From Calditrichales bacterium (GTDB taxonomy: Bacteria; Calditrichota; Calditrichia; Calditrichales; J004), in assembly GCA_965267575.1 (NCBI GenBank), contig OZ254086.1, positions 3,200,001 through 3,264,000 on the forward strand: 64,000 bases of DNA, in the 5' to 3' direction. Below are positions 1 to 8,460 of the stretch, piece after piece. Under the pieces are notes generated by a model. That model saw only the letters and a list, made by a program, of their open reading frames with translations. It was not told where the DNA came from and ran no database searches. The position numbers were made by a program, and so were the translations under genes. How positions within the stretch are numbered: position 1 is the stretch's first letter; every line of letters starts with the position of its first letter.

Positions 1-1
1 G

Positions 2-178
2 GAAGTATTGCCGGTGAGTTTTGGCATCAACGATACCAATCCCGATGACCCGCGTCTGGTGCTTGTGGAAAGCCGCGAGACAGACGACCTCAGCGACCAG
101 GAATTGCTGGCTGTATTTGATGCCCTGGAGCTGGCGCTGGACCGCGCCGAAGGGCTGTTAAAAAAGTATATGAAGTAA
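2..178 (+). CDS. 3' end of a probable YjfI/DUF2170-like (CesT-fold) protein, truncated by window edge
   Basis: Own translation of frame 2: EVLPVSFGINDTNPDDPRLVLVESRETDDLSDQELLAVFDALELALDRAEGLLKKYMK*, TAA at 176-178. LPVSFGI...LSxxEL pattern and proximity to a PspA-family gene resemble yjfI-yjfJ. Confidence 0.5.
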   Translation, partial: EVLPVSFGINDTNPDDPRLVLVESRETDDLSDQELLAVFDALELALDRAEGLLKKYMK

Positions 179-193
179 TTATTGTTGATTGTG

Positions 194-937
194 ATGACAC
201 AAACCGTGCAGGCAAAACGGCAGATAAGTGGCGAGCTGCGGCCGGCCATCCTTTTTGAGGACCGTGATACACTCGTGGTGGACAAGCCTTCGGGCATGCC
301 CGTTATACCGGACCGGCACGGCGAGCGTCTATCACTGCGTGAATGGCTGGAACAGGAGCGTGACGAAAAAATGTGGGTAGTGCATCGAATTGATGCCGGC
401 ACGAGCGGCCTCGTACTGCTTGCCCGGAACCCTGAAAGTCACAGCTACTTTAATAATCAGTTTGCCGATCGCAAGGTTGCCAAGCGCTACCTGGCGCTGG
501 TAAAGGGATACCCGCCGGAGCATGAAGGCGATATCTACGCGCCCTTGCAAAAACGCAACAGCCGTCGCGCCCCCGTGCGCGTCCATGCGGATGGCAAAGC
601 AGCACACAGCCATTACCGCGTTCTGGAGAAGTTTAACGGCTTCAGCCTGCTGGAGGTGATGCCGCATACAGGCCGGACACACCAGATACGGGTGCACATG
701 GCTCATGTGGGTTGTCCGCTGGCCATCGACGCGCAGTACGGAAATAATGAGGCGCTTACGACGTCAACAATCGCGAGTGGTTTTAAAAAAGGGGCTCGTT
801 TACTTATTGACCGCCTGACATTACATGCCTGGAAACTGGAAACAGAAATGCCGGACGGGACAAAGCAATCTTTTGAAGCGCCCCTGTCTGAAGATTTTGG
901 CGCGCTGTTGGAAGCGCTGCGCAAAAACGTCAAATAA
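194..937 (+). CDS. RluA-family RNA pseudouridine synthase (no S4 domain)
   Basis: VDKPSG, VVHRIDAGTSG (catalytic Asp), TGRTHQIRVH, LHA motifs. ATG at 194 chosen; ORF track starts at 182. Confidence 0.9.
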   Translation: MTQTVQAKRQISGELRPAILFEDRDTLVVDKPSGMPVIPDRHGERLSLREWLEQERDEKMWVVHRIDAGTSGLVLLARNPESHSYFNNQFADRKVAKRYLALVKGYPPEHEGDIYAPLQKRNSRRAPVRVHADGKAAHSHYRVLEKFNGFSLLEVMPHTGRTHQIRVHMAHVGCPLAIDAQYGNNEALTTSTIASGFKKGARLLIDRLTLHAWKLETEMPDGTKQSFEAPLSEDFGALLEALRKNVK

Positions 938-961
938 AGCAATTTAAACGAGGAGAAAGAT

Positions 962-1648
962 ATGAGCATTTTCAGCAGAATCTTTAAGGTTGGTGAAGCC
1001 AAGGCCAACCAGCTTGTTGATAAAATGGAAAAACCCGAACTGATGCTGGAGCAGGCCATCAAGGATAAATCCAAGCAGATCAGTGACGCCAAAAGGTCGG
1101 TGATGCAGGTGATTGCCACGGAGCGGCAGACGCGCGCGCAATTGCTTAAAGAGCAAAACGAAAAGCAAAACTGGGAAGGGAAAGCCCAGCAGGCGCTTAA
1201 GGCCGGCAATGAAGAATTGGCTGTGAAAGCGCTGAACCGCGCGCAGGAGCACGAACAGAAAGCGACTTCGCTGGAAAGCACCTGGAAGTCACAAAAAACA
1301 AATGTCGATCAGCTTAAAGTGGAAATCGTGAAAATGGAAGATGAGCTGGCCGAATTTAAACGCAATAAGGATTTTATCATCGCCCAGGCCAAAACGGCTG
1401 AAGTGAAAAAACAGATTTACGAAGCCAAGGCTAAGATCAGCAACGACAAAAGCGCCGATGACCTGATGGCCCGGATGAAGGCCAAAGCAGAGCGGGCTTC
1501 GTTTGAAGCCGATGCGGCACAGGAAATGTCGCTGGAAGGCGGCGATTCGCTGGAGAAGGAGTTTGAGCAACTGGGCAGCGCTTCGGCGTCAACGGAGGTT
1601 CAGGCCAAGCTGGAAGCGATGAAAAAGCAGCTGGGATCGGGAAAATAA
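962..1648 (+). CDS. pspA: PspA/IM30 (Vipp1/ESCRT-III-like) family protein
   Basis: MSIFSRIF amphipathic N-terminus, EKPELMLEQAI, long coiled coil, LEKEFEQL; RBS GAGGAG. Confidence 0.9.
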   Translation: MSIFSRIFKVGEAKANQLVDKMEKPELMLEQAIKDKSKQISDAKRSVMQVIATERQTRAQLLKEQNEKQNWEGKAQQALKAGNEELAVKALNRAQEHEQKATSLESTWKSQKTNVDQLKVEIVKMEDELAEFKRNKDFIIAQAKTAEVKKQIYEAKAKISNDKSADDLMARMKAKAERASFEADAAQEMSLEGGDSLEKEFEQLGSASASTEVQAKLEAMKKQLGSGK

Positions 1649-1649
1649 T

Positions 1650-1692
1650 GTGTTAAGGTGTTAGAGTGTTTAGGTGTTAAAGTGCGTGTTCA
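1650..1692 (+). repeat. Degenerate 8-mer tandem array (GTGTTAAG-like)
   Basis: gtgttaag gtgttaga gtgtttag gtgttaaa gtgc gtgttcag directly after the pspA stop. Confidence 0.8.
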
Positions 1693-1710
1693 GGAAAATG
1701 GTGGCTCTAA

Positions 1711-1773
1711 CGATCCCGGTGTTGGCCTGGCGCCAAACCATGATAAAACGCATCGGGACAGGCCGGGATGACA
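1711..1773. repeat. Composite REP-like palindrome, copy 1
   Basis: CGATCCCGG-tgttggcctggcgccaaacc...atcgggacagg-CCGGGATGAC; close paralog at 24795-24851. Confidence 0.8.
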
Positions 1774-1812
1774 GTAATCCAATAATTCAGTAATTCATTA
1801 ATTCAGCAATCT
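1773..1812 (+). repeat. Degenerate 8-mer tandem array (AGTAATTC-like)
   Basis: agtaatcc aataattc agtaattc attaattc agcaatct just before the ATG at 1817. Confidence 0.75.
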
Positions 1813-1816
1813 GTAA

Positions 1817-2446
1817 ATGGTAAAAGAAAAAAGACTTGAGAACAATTTTGATTCCGGGTGGATCCGCAAACTGGAATCAGAAGATCACTGGCGGTTGTAC
1901 TGGCAGCAGCAAAAGCTGATGGAAGGCTTTGTTAAGCCCGGTGATGACGTGCTGGAGATCGGAGTAGGCACGGGTTTTACGGCCAACTACCTGAAATCCA
2001 AAGGGGTTAATGTAACCACGCTTGATATCGACGCGGAGAAAAAACCTGACATTGTTGCCAATATTGTAGATTACGAATGGCCCGGCACCTATGATGCCGT
2101 GCTTGCCTTTCAGGTCTTCGAGCACATCCCTTTTGATTATTTCCAAAAAATCATAGTGCGCCTGAAATCGCGAAGTGATTATCTTTTTTTTAGTGTGCCT
2201 GTAAACGAAAAATCTTTACTGAGGCTCTCTTTTCGTGTTGCCGGAGTTCCTAAAGAAAAAAAGCTGACGCTGGCCATTCCAAAGAACAAAATCACTTCGA
2301 AGCACCACTTTTGGGAAATTGGCCATGGCTGTGATAACATGGACGGCGTCCTGCAAGAACATGGTTTTAAAATCTTGAAAAAAGAAAAAAAATTATCGCG
2401 TATGTTTTACGCTCTTGCCACAGATCCATTGGCAAAAGGACGATAA
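1817..2446 (+). CDS. Class I SAM-dependent methyltransferase
   Basis: VLEIGVGTG motif I, TTLDID, YDAVLAFQVFEHIP. Confidence 0.85.
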   Translation: MVKEKRLENNFDSGWIRKLESEDHWRLYWQQQKLMEGFVKPGDDVLEIGVGTGFTANYLKSKGVNVTTLDIDAEKKPDIVANIVDYEWPGTYDAVLAFQVFEHIPFDYFQKIIVRLKSRSDYLFFSVPVNEKSLLRLSFRVAGVPKEKKLTLAIPKNKITSKHHFWEIGHGCDNMDGVLQEHGFKILKKEKKLSRMFYALATDPLAKGR

Positions 2447-2457
2447 GAGGGCAGCAT

Positions 2458-3618
2458 TTGAAAAAACCAAAATGGAAAAGCACAGCGACCCGGGCCGTTC
2501 ATGCCGGGGAGAGCCCGCGCAGGGATGGGGCGGTCACGTTTCCGGTCTATCAATCGGCGATGTATTTGTACAGTGGAGAGAAAGAGTACGGCGACCTGCG
2601 CTACATCCGACTGAACAATACACCCAATGCCGACGTGCTGCACGCCAAGCTGGCGGCGCTGGAGAACGGTGAAGACGCCCTGGTGACGGCCAGCGGTATG
2701 GCGGCCATCAGCAGCACGCTTATGACCGTTTTGAGCGGCGGCGGACATCTTTTGGCTCAAGGCGCGCTTTATGGCGGTACCTATGATTTTATTTGCAACG
2801 ACTTTGACGGGCTGGGCTTTTCCTGTGATTTTGTTGATATAGAAAACCCTGCAGGATGGGAGGCACTTTTGCGGCCCAACACCCGTGCGATTTACGTTGA
2901 AACACTTAGTAATCCCACATTGCGCGTGGCCGACCTGGAAGCCGTTGTTGCATTCGCGAGGAAACACAACCTGGTCAGCATCATCGATAACACTTTCGCC
3001 ACACCGATAAACTGCCGCCCCGCGGAATGGGGCATCGATGTTGTGCTGCATAGCGCCACAAAATACCTCAACGGCCACTCCGATATTGTCGCCGGGGCTA
3101 TAGTTGCTTCGCAGGAGTGGATTGCCAAGATAAAGCATAAGCTGAATCACTTTGGCGGCTCGCTGGATCCGCACGCTTGCTTCCTGCTGCAGCGTGGACT
3201 GAAGACGCTGCATCTGCGCGTGGAGCGGCAAAATGAAAACGCCCTGGCCCTGGCGCGCTTTTTGGATGCCCATCCGGCCGTGCAGCGCGTGAATTATCCG
3301 GGCCTGGCATCGCACCCTCAAAACAATCTAGCCAAGCGCATTTTAAGCGGTTTTGGGGGCATGATGAGTTTTGAACTCAACGCATCCGGGCGCGGCGTTG
3401 AGACATTCCTGGAAAAATTGACTCTGCCGTTGCTGGCGCCCAGTCTCGGTGGCGTAGAATCGCTGGTGGTAAGGCCGGCCGTAAGCTCGCATGCCGGTAT
3501 GTCCAAAAAAGAGCGGAAAACGCAGGGCATTAGCGACGCGATGGTGCGGGTTAGCGTGGGCGTTGAAGACGTGGATGAGTTGATCGAAGACTTTAAACAG
3601 GCGCTGGAAGGAGTATAG
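2458..3618 (+). CDS. PLP-dependent trans-sulfuration enzyme (cystathionine/methionine gamma-lyase family)
   Basis: ASGMAAIS, DNTFATP, HSATKYLNGHSD (PLP lysine), SLGGVESL, RVSVGVED; TTG start with AGAGG RBS. Confidence 0.92.
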   Translation: MKKPKWKSTATRAVHAGESPRRDGAVTFPVYQSAMYLYSGEKEYGDLRYIRLNNTPNADVLHAKLAALENGEDALVTASGMAAISSTLMTVLSGGGHLLAQGALYGGTYDFICNDFDGLGFSCDFVDIENPAGWEALLRPNTRAIYVETLSNPTLRVADLEAVVAFARKHNLVSIIDNTFATPINCRPAEWGIDVVLHSATKYLNGHSDIVAGAIVASQEWIAKIKHKLNHFGGSLDPHACFLLQRGLKTLHLRVERQNENALALARFLDAHPAVQRVNYPGLASHPQNNLAKRILSGFGGMMSFELNASGRGVETFLEKLTLPLLAPSLGGVESLVVRPAVSSHAGMSKKERKTQGISDAMVRVSVGVEDVDELIEDFKQALEGV

Positions 3619-3620
3619 CG

Positions 3621-3986
3621 ATGAAAGCGTTGGGGCGTCACCTGTTGCTGGAGTTGTACGAATGCGATTTTGATCTGCTAAACGACATTGAGCGGCTGGA
3701 AAAAGTTCTGGTGAGCGTTGTGGATGACGCCGGCGCCACGCTGGTTGATACACGTTTCCACCATTTTTCCCCGCATGGCGTAAGCGGTGTGGTGGTGATC
3801 GCCGAAAGCCACATCACGATCCACACCTGGCCCGAGCACAACTATGCCGCAATCGATGTGTTTACCTGTGACCACAGTATCGACTATGAGCTGGTAGAGC
3901 GGATGCTGGTGGAGCGTTTTGAAGCCGGCGAACATGATACACAGACCATCGAGCGTGGTAAAAAAATTTCCTTCCCGCAACATTAA
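3621..3986 (+). CDS. speD: S-adenosylmethionine decarboxylase proenzyme (class 1b, pyruvoyl)
   Basis: GRHLLLELYEC, HHFSPHGVSGVVVIAESHITIHTWPE, DVFTC; E-S cleavage site intact. Confidence 0.9.
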   Translation: MKALGRHLLLELYECDFDLLNDIERLEKVLVSVVDDAGATLVDTRFHHFSPHGVSGVVVIAESHITIHTWPEHNYAAIDVFTCDHSIDYELVERMLVERFEAGEHDTQTIERGKKISFPQH

Positions 3987-3995
3987 TTTCCACGT

Positions 3996-4021
3996 TATCA
4001 TTCTGAGCCCGCGAAGAATCT
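3996..4021. repeat. REP-like palindrome
   Basis: TATCATTCTGAGCCCGCGAAGAATCT; same (G)TCAT...ATCT framing as 7313-7338 and 11484-11509. Confidence 0.6.
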
Positions 4022-4066
4022 AATGCGTGCTTCGACAAATATCATTATTTCATCATGCAGGTGCCT

Positions 4067-5908
4067 ATGAAAACATTTTTCTTTTTTATAGCCGCGGTTT
4101 TGTGTGTTGTCGGATGTAATCAAAACAACTCCCTCCGCTTCGTGCTGTTCAGTGATACGCATGTGGCTGAAAACACCACCGGCGCTAAAGATCTGGGTCT
4201 GGCCGTGGCCGATGTGAACGAGATGGATGATGTTGATTTTGTGCTCGTTTCCGGCGATATAACCGATTTGAACATCGGCGATAACCTGCAAACCGCCAAG
4301 CGTATCCTGGACAGCCTGGATGTGCCCTATTATATCATTCCGGGAAATCACGACACCAAATGGTCCGGTTCCGCCGGCGCCAACTTCCGCGCGCTGTGGG
4401 GCGATGACCGGTTTGTATTCGATGCCGGCGGCTACCGCTTCATCGGTTTTCACCAGGGACCCATTTTGCGCATGGACGACGGCCACATCCCGCGCGAAGA
4501 TCTGGACTGGTTGAAACAGACGCTGCAGGAAACCGGAACGGAAAAGCCGCTTATTTTAGTGATGCACTATGCGCTGACGCCATCCATTGATAACTGGCAT
4601 GAGTGCGTGGAGATCATCAAAGATTACAACATCCGCGCGGTGCTGCATGGTCATGGTCACCGCAGTTGGCACAAAACGTACCAGGGCGTTCACGGGGTGA
4701 TGGTACGTTCCACGCTGCGCGCCGGGGAAGAGCGCGGCGGTTACAACATTTTTGAGCTGCGCAACGATTCACTTTTTGCCTCGGAGCGCATTACGGGCGT
4801 GGAGACAAAAGAGCAGTGGCTGGCGATTGATCTATCGGGTGATTATGGCGTGCAGCCGGTGGCAGATAGTTTGCTGCCTGATTACGGCATCAACGAAGAT
4901 TATCCGGGCGTGAAACGGCACTGGGTTTTTGAAAGCGGCTATACCACTACGGCAAGCCCGCTGCTGGTGGACAGTATGATCTACATCGGCGATGTATCCG
5001 GAAACATGCGCGCCATCAAGCTATCCGATGGCCAACCATTATGGCAATATGCCGCTGAAGGGGCCATTTACGCGCGGGCGGCGGCGCAGGGCAATATGCT
5101 CGTTTTCACCTCTGCGGACAGCTTCATCTATGGCGTAGATAGAACCACGGCCAGGCTGGTTTGGCGCAGTCCGACCAACGCGGCGCTTGTTTCCATCCCG
5201 ACAATCCATAACAACATCGTTTTTGTCGGCGCCAGTGACGGCATTTTCCGGGCATTGGACCTGGATACTGGCGAAACGATCTGGGAATATCCGCGGGTGG
5301 AAGGTTACGTGGAAACGAAACCGCTGGTTTATGACGGCAAGGTGCTGTTCGGCGCCTGGGACGGCAGAATGTACGCGCTTAACGCCGATAACGGCTCGCT
5401 GGTCTGGACCTGGCAGGGCCGCATGCCGGGACCGCTTTATTCTCCCGCAGCCTGTTGGCCTGTGGCGTCTTATGGCCGGGTCTTTTTTGCCGCGCCCGAT
5501 CGCGTGGTAAGCGCTGTGGACATCCGCACAGGGGAAACAGCTTGGCAAAACGGAAACTGGAAATTCCGCGAGACAATCGGGATATCAGCGGTCGGCAGCC
5601 GTGTTTATGCCCGCTCGATGACTGATTCCGTCGTCTGCTTCGACGCGTCGTCGCCTGATGGCAAAACCGTCTGGGCGGAAGGTTTTAACTATGGCTACGA
5701 CATTGCCCCCTCCATGCCGCGCGAAAAAGTGGGCACCTTATTCTGGGGCACCAAAAACGGACTTATCACCGCCGCCGATGCCCAAAGCGGGAAAATTTTC
5801 TGGCAGCACAAGTTTGAAAACTACCTGGTCAATACCGTGGAGCCGGTGGATAATAAGCGCGTTGTTTTTAGTACCATTGACGGGGTAGTGGGTTTGCTGG
5901 GGGAGTAG
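4067..5908 (+). CDS. Exported calcineurin-like metallophosphoesterase fused to PQQ/BamB-like beta-propeller
   Basis: Signal/lipobox VVGC; SDTH, SGDIT, PGNHD, HGHGH; repeated GxxxW propeller blades. ATG 4067 (or 4055). Confidence 0.85.
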   Translation: MKTFFFFIAAVLCVVGCNQNNSLRFVLFSDTHVAENTTGAKDLGLAVADVNEMDDVDFVLVSGDITDLNIGDNLQTAKRILDSLDVPYYIIPGNHDTKWSGSAGANFRALWGDDRFVFDAGGYRFIGFHQGPILRMDDGHIPREDLDWLKQTLQETGTEKPLILVMHYALTPSIDNWHECVEIIKDYNIRAVLHGHGHRSWHKTYQGVHGVMVRSTLRAGEERGGYNIFELRNDSLFASERITGVETKEQWLAIDLSGDYGVQPVADSLLPDYGINEDYPGVKRHWVFESGYTTTASPLLVDSMIYIGDVSGNMRAIKLSDGQPLWQYAAEGAIYARAAAQGNMLVFTSADSFIYGVDRTTARLVWRSPTNAALVSIPTIHNNIVFVGASDGIFRALDLDTGETIWEYPRVEGYVETKPLVYDGKVLFGAWDGRMYALNADNGSLVWTWQGRMPGPLYSPAACWPVASYGRVFFAAPDRVVSAVDIRTGETAWQNGNWKFRETIGISAVGSRVYARSMTDSVVCFDASSPDGKTVWAEGFNYGYDIAPSMPREKVGTLFWGTKNGLITAADAQSGKIFWQHKFENYLVNTVEPVDNKRVVFSTIDGVVGLLGE

Positions 5909-5909
5909 A

Positions 5910-5940
5910 TGTTGCGTGTTGCGCAACAAGGTGTTATATT
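5910..5940 (+). promoter_or_regulatory. higBA sigma70-type promoter overlapped by a palindromic operator
   Basis: TTGCGT (5912-5917) N17 TATATT (5935-5940); perfect inverted repeat TGTTGCG-N5-CGCAACA at 5910-5928. Confidence 0.7.
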
Positions 5941-5945
5941 CTTAA

Positions 5946-6224
5946 ATGATTAAGTCGTTTAAGCACAAAGGATTGCAAAGCTTTTTTGAAACCGGAAGTA
6001 TAAGAGGTATTCAGCCTGCGCATGAGAAAAAACTACGATTAAGGCTGGCAGCTTTGGATACTGCGACGACAATAAACGACATTGATTTGCCCGGGTTTCG
6101 TTTGCACGCATTAAAAGGAAAGTTACAAGATCTGTGGGCAATAGACGTAAGCAAAAACTGGAGAATTACTTTTAAATTTCAGGATGGAGACGTTTTTATC
6201 GTTAACTACGAGGATTATCACTAA
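5946..6224 (+). CDS. higB: Type II TA toxin, HigB/RelE family
   Basis: MIKSFKHKGL...LPGFRLHALKG...NWRITFKF...YEDYH; toxin-first gene order. Confidence 0.93.
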   Translation: MIKSFKHKGLQSFFETGSIRGIQPAHEKKLRLRLAALDTATTINDIDLPGFRLHALKGKLQDLWAIDVSKNWRITFKFQDGDVFIVNYEDYH

Positions 6225-6511
6225 TGAGAATGTATAACCCGCCGCATCCAGGTGAATTTATAAAAGAAGTGTACATGGAGCCGCATGGCATAAGCTCGCG
6301 CGTAATTGCGGCAAAGCTCAAGGTGGCCCCTTCAACCTTTACCCGGCTACTCAATGGCGAAAGTAATGTTACTTCAGAGATGGCGCTTCGTTTATCCAAA
6401 ACTTTGGGGCGAAGTCCCGAAAGCTGGTTGAATATGCAAAACAACTATAATCTTTGGATAGCCCGACAAAAGGTCAATCTTGAAGATGTGGAAGAACTGA
6501 AAGTTGGATAA
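6224..6511 (+). CDS. higA: Type II TA antitoxin, HigA family (HTH)
   Basis: PPHPGEFI...TSEMALRLSKTLG.SPESWLNMQ; overlaps the higB stop. Confidence 0.93.
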   Translation: MRMYNPPHPGEFIKEVYMEPHGISSRVIAAKLKVAPSTFTRLLNGESNVTSEMALRLSKTLGRSPESWLNMQNNYNLWIARQKVNLEDVEELKVG

Positions 6512-6519
6512 AGCATCAT

Positions 6520-6717
6520 ATGAAACAAAAAATGGATAGAAAGCAAGTGACGCTCGGTACGACGGAAGAGCTCAACCGGCGCGATAAAGACTATTGGTCC
6601 AAAGCCAGCACGGCAGAGAAATTTCAAACTATTACCTATTTACGGGAATGCTTTTATGGCGATGAGGCAACTACCGGAAGACTTCAAAGAGTTTATAAGG
6701 TTATTAAACGAAAATGA
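6520..6717 (+). CDS. Small conserved hypothetical protein (DYW...E+...YLR...RLQRV type)
   Basis: 65 aa; from recall, resembles the small ORFs that precede minimal nucleotidyltransferase genes. Confidence 0.65.
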   Translation: MKQKMDRKQVTLGTTEELNRRDKDYWSKASTAEKFQTITYLRECFYGDEATTGRLQRVYKVIKRK

Positions 6718-7297
6718 ACTTTATTGAAACCAAAATACTATTTCTAACACTTATTAGTATACTTTTAATTAATGTTCTTCAATTAAATATTACCCCATCC
6801 CAAAAACGTTTTCCTTGCAAGAAAAAAGAGTAGTAGAGGAATCTTACAAGATGTTGGAAAACACTTCAGAAATAACCCCCTAGATGGATTTAAGCAACAT
6901 CTTTTTTGAAAACCAGGAATGGGAAGCTGCTTATTATTATGCAAATGAAGCTTTTAGGCTAGATCCTGCGAGAGGCACAATCTACCTTTTCAAGGGAGAC
7001 GTTCTTATCAATTGTGTTTTACGTGGTGCTGATGAGAAGCTTTCATTTGAAGATATGCTGATCTTAAGAATGGCGTTCGAATATTTCGATATTGCCCGCA
7101 GGTTTCAGGAAACTAAAAGCGCTGCGGAAAAACGAATGCAAAATTTGAAACCCTTCGCAGTTAATCAGTTTTTATGTGTCTGGGGAATGCAATCTGATAT
7201 TGACTATTTTGATTCTTTGAAATATGAATGGATCAGCCCATATATATTTTCAAAAAATATCATGTGGTTTGTACGTAACGATGTGAAAAAACAATAA
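6714..7297 (+). pseudogene. Probable disrupted TPR-like lipoprotein gene
   Basis: ATG 6714 gives signal-like MNFIETKILFLTLISILLIN. A frameshift near 6773 continues as CSSIKYYPIP...EITP, then in-frame TAG at 6881-6883, then the 137-aa TPR-like ORF 6884-7297. Confidence 0.6.
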
Positions 7298-7312
7298 TGC
7301 TGACAACAAAAA

Positions 7313-7338
7313 AGATCCTGAATCAAGTTCAGGATGAC
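7313..7338. repeat. REP-like palindrome
   Basis: AGATCCTGAATCAAGTTCAGGATGAC (reverse: GTCATCCTGAACTTGATTCAGGATCT). Confidence 0.75.
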
Positions 7339-7344
7339 GACTTG

Positions 7345-7380
7345 AAAAAAGAGGCCCGCCTTTCCCGGCGGGCTTTTTTT
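7345..7380. terminator. Bidirectional intrinsic terminator
   Basis: A6-gag-GCCCGCC-tttccc-GGCGGGC-T7 between convergent genes. Confidence 0.8.
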
Positions 7381-7387
7381 ATTAAAC

Positions 7388-8458
7388 CTACTTCCGTCCC
7401 ATAATTTGCAGCAGCGCGTCCAGGGCTTCCGGCTCGTCCAGTTGGCCCAGCCAGAAAACGGCCTTTTTGCGTACTTCGCCATTGGGGTGGGTTTCGGCGA
7501 TGCGTAGCAGGCGCTTCACGCGATCGCCACTGTCATTTTGGTACAGGGCAAAAACGGCTTTCTCCTGGATGTCGGTTTCCTCGTCGGAGAAGACACGCTC
7601 CTCAAGGGCATCGGCGGCCTTTTCAGAAGCGAGCTGCCCGATCCAGAAGATGGCCTTTTGCTTCACTTCGCTATCCGGCGCGTTTTTGGCCACGTCGATC
7701 AAACCATCCAGACCCTTTTCTTCCAGGCGATGCAGAGAAAAGACGGCTTTTTCGGCCAGCTCGTGGTCACTGCTGCGATCTTTGGCAAAAGAGACCAGGT
7801 AGGCGGGAAGTTCTTCATGCTCTGTTTCCGCGATCCAGAATATTGCTTTTTTCCGTACCTCAAAATTTTCATCGTCGTCATCCGCAATCGAGCGCAAAAA
7901 CTTGAACGCCTTGTCGCCGCCCTTGTGCATCCCGGCGGCCAGCATCAGGTGTTCGCGTGAATCGATATCCAGATTATAGTTGTAGCGGGCAATCACTAAA
8001 TCAATGCTTTTATCGGTCGGGCTTTTACCCAAAAAGTAAAGCGGACGTTTTTGCAGCTCCACGTGCAGGTCCAGGGTGCTGAGCAGCACTTCTTTTACGT
8101 TTTCACCCTGCATGCTAAAAAGCATGGCCACCTCGCGTTCCACCGGCGGCTTGTCGTCGTCTTTATCATAGATCTTTGTATCGTAGATCGGGTAGCGGCG
8201 GTCCGGGTAAAGCAGGTTGCCGAGGGGTGTTAATCCGTCCCAGTCATGAGAGATCGTGCCGATGGAGGAGTGGGGACTCATCATCCGCGGGAAGGTGTAG
8301 ACGATCCAATAGTGATCGTCCCCGTTTTGGTCGGCCTGTTTTTGAGCGTTGGCCCATTTGCTATCCAGCGAAGCTCCGCTTACCGTGTACAGTTTTTGGG
8401 CAATGCCTGCGGCAGCAAACAATAAAACTATCATTGCGCTAAGATACAATCGTTTCAT
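7388..8458 (-). CDS. Exported HEAT-repeat protein
   Basis: Signal peptide; repeats VRKKAIFWI / AEKAVFSL / VKQKAIFWIGQ / IQEKAVFALYQ / VRKKAVFWLGQ. Confidence 0.85.
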   Translation of the reverse strand: MKRLYLSAMIVLLFAAAGIAQKLYTVSGASLDSKWANAQKQADQNGDDHYWIVYTFPRMMSPHSSIGTISHDWDGLTPLGNLLYPDRRYPIYDTKIYDKDDDKPPVEREVAMLFSMQGENVKEVLLSTLDLHVELQKRPLYFLGKSPTDKSIDLVIARYNYNLDIDSREHLMLAAGMHKGGDKAFKFLRSIADDDDENFEVRKKAIFWIAETEHEELPAYLVSFAKDRSSDHELAEKAVFSLHRLEEKGLDGLIDVAKNAPDSEVKQKAIFWIGQLASEKAADALEERVFSDEETDIQEKAVFALYQNDSGDRVKRLLRIAETHPNGEVRKKAVFWLGQLDEPEALDALLQIMGRK

Positions 8459-8460
8459 GT

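Noticed and set aside
1650..1812. Possible CRISPR array in the repeat-rich gaps
   Set aside because: Units are 6-8 bp and degenerate with no unique spacers; no cas genes in the window.
2407..3321. Long antisense ORFs (also 8476-9363, 15658-16707, 22244-23122, 30935-31984, 57413-58207)
   Set aside because: Shadows of well-supported genes on the opposite strand with no recognisable motifs.
6881..6883. In-frame TAG as pyrrolysine or recoded stop
   Set aside because: The same gene also has a frameshift and TAG ends many normal genes here; decay is simpler.
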